Both the position numbers and the translations under genes were made by a program. Positions 61,807 to 64,000 of a stretch of DNA of 64,000 bases are shown one piece after another. Below the pieces are notes generated by a model. That model was not told where the DNA came from and made no database searches. It saw only the letters and a list, made by a program, of their open reading frames with translations. The stretch comes from an uncultured Aquiluna sp. GTDB lineage: Bacteria > Actinomycetota > Actinomycetes > Actinomycetales > Microbacteriaceae. Location: positions 42,124 to 106,123 of the forward strand of contig CAZGNP010000001.1 of NCBI GenBank assembly GCA_964527155.1, given 5' to 3'. The first letter of the stretch is position 1, and every line of letters begins with the position of its first letter.

Positions 61807-64000
61807 TGGAAATCTCCCGAAACTTGGCATGCTCCTGCAACGGTTTTACTGAGAACCTTGTTTCACGAATGATTTCGAATGAGCCAATCGCTGCACTTAA
61901 TTGGGCCACGGTGGTGAATATCGGCTTATCAGCTGCTGTGGTGGCTGCTCGAATCTCATAGCCATCACTTCTAGCGTCGGCGCCGCTTGGAGTGTTCACC
62001 ACAACGTCTACTTCACCATCTGTAATCATTTCAACAATCGAACGCTGTCCATTTGCTTGTGAGAATTTGGCTACTGTCTCGGAGGATATTCCATGTAACT
62101 TCAGCAGCTTTGAAGTGCCAGATGTTGCCAAGATTCGATAACCGAGTTGAGCTAAGCGACGAACGGGTAGAACGATTTGTGGTTTATCTCGATCGGCGAC
62201 TGAGATGAACACGGTACCAGTCTTTGGTAGAGACGAACCGGCCGCTGCTTGGGACTTGGCAAATGCAGCCGGGAAATTTACGTCAATCCCCATGACCTCC
62301 CCCGTGGAACGCATCTCCGGTCCTAGCAGACTGTCAACATACCTACCTTGTTTCGTAGCGAATCTCTTAAAGGGGAGAACTGCCTCTTTTACAGAAACCG
62401 GAGTGCTCTCCGGCAAATTTGAACCATCTTGCGCTGGCAGGAGGCCATCCGAGATTAGATCGGAAATACGTCTTCCAACCATTACCAGTGACGCAGCCTT
62501 GGCGAGAGCAATGCCAAGGGCCTTTGAGACGAAAGGGACAGTTCTTGAAGCTCTAGGATTGGCCTCCAGAACATATAGAACGTCTGCTGCCAAGGCAAAC
62601 TGAACATTCAAAAGTCCTCTTACATTCAATCCGCGGGCAATTTTCTCAGTGGCAGCTACAACTCGATCCACCTGAGCGGAGCTAAGCGTTATTGGAGGAA
62701 GCGTACAACTAGAGTCGCCGGAGTGAATCCCAGCCTCTTCAATGTGCTCCATTACTCCACCTATGTAGAGACGCTCACCGTCGAATATTGCATCTACGTC
62801 TATCTCAATAGCGTCATCGAGAAAACGATCAACAAGCAGCGGGTGCTCTTTGTCTACCAAGGCGTGCTCAGCTATTCGCTGAAAATAGTCGTGTAGTGAA
62901 GCCTCGTCATAGACAATTTCCATACCTCTGCCTCCGAGCACGAAGCTCGGTCTTACGAGTACTGGATAGCCGATTGAGTTTGCTATGAGTACAGCCTCCG
63001 CTTCATTGGTAGCTGTCCCATTGGCAGGTGCACGCAAACCCGCAAGGTCCAAAATCGTTTGGAACTGCCCTCTTTCTTCCGCCAAGTCAATTGAAGTCGG
63101 GCTTGTTCCTAGAATCGGGACTCCAGCTTCTTCGATACTCTTGGCCAGGCCTAAGGCCGTTTGACCTCCCAACTGAACCAGTACTCCAAGTAATTCGCCG
63201 GATTGCGATTCCGCGTTTATTACCTCAAGCACATCTTCGGCTGTAAGCGGCTCGAAATACAGTCGATCAGAAGTGTCATAGTCAGTTGAGACGGTTTCAG
63301 GATTGCAGTTAATCATGATGGTTTCGTAACCGGCAGCCCTGAGGGCAAATGCTGCGTGCACGCAAGAATAATCAAATTCAACACCCTGACCTATGCGATT
63401 TGGCCCACTGCCTAGGATTACGACTTTTCGACGTGAGGATGGCACTACTTCGGTTTCAAGATCATAGGAACTGTAGTGATACGGAGTAAGAGCAGGGAAC
63501 TCTCCCGCGCAAGTATCGACTGTCTTGAAAATCGGTCTGATTCCGTGAGATAGGCGTATAGACCTCATCTCGGCTTCAGAGATGCCCCTTAGTTGGGAGA
63601 GCTGGGCATCACTAAATCCGTGTTTCTTCGCTCGTCTGATCGAAGACTCATCGAGCGTGCCTAAGTCTCTAAACCAAACGGCAATTTCATTTATGAGACA
63701 TATCTGATCTATGAACCATGGATCAATTTTGGTAGCCGCAAAAATCTGATCAGGCGTTGCACCCTTCAGTAGCGCTTGCTGGACCTGCACGATTCGCTTC
63801 TCAGTTGGAGTCTTAATTGCCTCGAGCAAATCAGCCATCGACTGCGGCGTTGGCGCCCAATGAAATGAACTTCCCCGCTTCTCTAAAGACCTTAGTGCCT
63901 TCTGTAATGCTTGCGAGAAGGTCCGGCCAATCGCCATTGCCTCACCCACGCTCTTCATTGTTGTCGTAAGAGTTTGGTCAGCTGCTGGAAATTTTTCGAA
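61799..64000 (-). CDS. carB: Carbamoyl-phosphate synthase large subunit; N-terminal part lies beyond the window end
   Basis: The frame stays open to position 64000. My translation of 63959..64000 gives FEKFPAADQTLTTT, continuing into MKSVGEAMAIGRTF, which is internal CarB sequence. Second ATP-grasp half (GPNRIGQGVEFDY) and C-terminal MGS-like domain are present. Confidence 0.93.
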   Translation of the reverse strand, partial: FEKFPAADQTLTTTMKSVGEAMAIGRTFSQALQKALRSLEKRGSSFHWAPTPQSMADLLEAIKTPTEKRIVQVQQALLKGATPDQIFAATKIDPWFIDQICLINEIAVWFRDLGTLDESSIRRAKKHGFSDAQLSQLRGISEAEMRSIRLSHGIRPIFKTVDTCAGEFPALTPYHYSSYDLETEVVPSSRRKVVILGSGPNRIGQGVEFDYSCVHAAFALRAAGYETIMINCNPETVSTDYDTSDRLYFEPLTAEDVLEVINAESQSGELLGVLVQLGGQTALGLAKSIEEAGVPILGTSPTSIDLAEERGQFQTILDLAGLRAPANGTATNEAEAVLIANSIGYPVLVRPSFVLGGRGMEIVYDEASLHDYFQRIAEHALVDKEHPLLVDRFLDDAIEIDVDAIFDGERLYIGGVMEHIEEAGIHSGDSSCTLPPITLSSAQVDRVVAATEKIARGLNVRGLLNVQFALAADVLYVLEANPRASRTVPFVSKALGIALAKAASLVMVGRRISDLISDGLLPAQDGSNLPESTPVSVKEAVLPFKRFATKQGRYVDSLLGPEMRSTGEVMGIDVNFPAAFAKSQAAAGSSLPKTGTVFISVADRDKPQIVLPVRRLAQLGYRILATSGTSKLLKLHGISSETVAKFSQANGQRSIVEMITDGEVDVVVNTPSGADARSDGYEIRAATTAADKPIFTTVAQLSAAIGSFEIIRETRFSVKPLQEHAKFREISNG

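Noticed and set aside
63958-64000. Apparent carB start codon at 63958 in the ORF track.
   Set aside because: The frame stays open to the window edge. The upstream codons (FEKFPAADQTLTTT) are internal CarB sequence, so the gene is truncated by the window.

Overview
This 64-kb window is an almost gap-free block of core housekeeping genes: 60 CDS (two cut by the window edges) and one tRNA-Leu.

Gene content and order match the conserved actinobacterial chromosome backbone: fabG-inhA; sufBDC; ctaA/ctaB; tkt-tal-pgi-zwf-opcA-pgl; rbpA and secG-tpiA-pgk-gap; whiA-rapZ-uvrC; uvrA; uvrB; coaE-rpsA-polA; a PdtaR-like ANTAR regulator; pyk; gltBD; lgt-trpABC-trpE; hisIF; hisGE; rpe-rsmB-fmt-priA-metK-coaBC-rpoZ-gmk-pyrF-carB.

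GC looks mid-range (about 50 percent by eye, not computed) and intergenic DNA is minimal. I infer a genome-streamlined member of the Actinomycetota, perhaps a small planktonic Microbacteriaceae-like or Nanopelagicales-like organism. That taxonomic guess is unverified.

I see no rRNA, CRISPR array, transposase, integrase, prophage, toxin-antitoxin pair or recognisable defence gene. No unexplained non-coding stretch exceeds about 135 nt. I therefore did not find a convincing novel multi-gene system in this window.

What deserves a second look is mostly architecture and conspicuous absences:
- a suf operon with no sufS, sufU or sufR but with an embedded Rieske ferredoxin
- a contiguous uvrB-uvrA-uvrC unit
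- a photolyase translationally coupled to heme A synthase
- rapZ-whiA without yvcK, and pyrF-gmk without mihF
- a hisE-hisG-hisF-hisI-trpE fusion of normally separate blocks
- a PriA homologue with no Walker A or DExH motif
- a coupled trio of a DUF3099-like protein, a Cys/His mini-protein and SURF1
- 24 head-to-tail genes with only about 160 nt of non-coding DNA
- several convergent gene pairs whose 3' ends overlap

Start codons were chosen by reading the sequence. Many genes use GTG or TTG, and several longest ORFs in the track are over-extended. All homology calls rest on motif recognition by eye, not on database searches.
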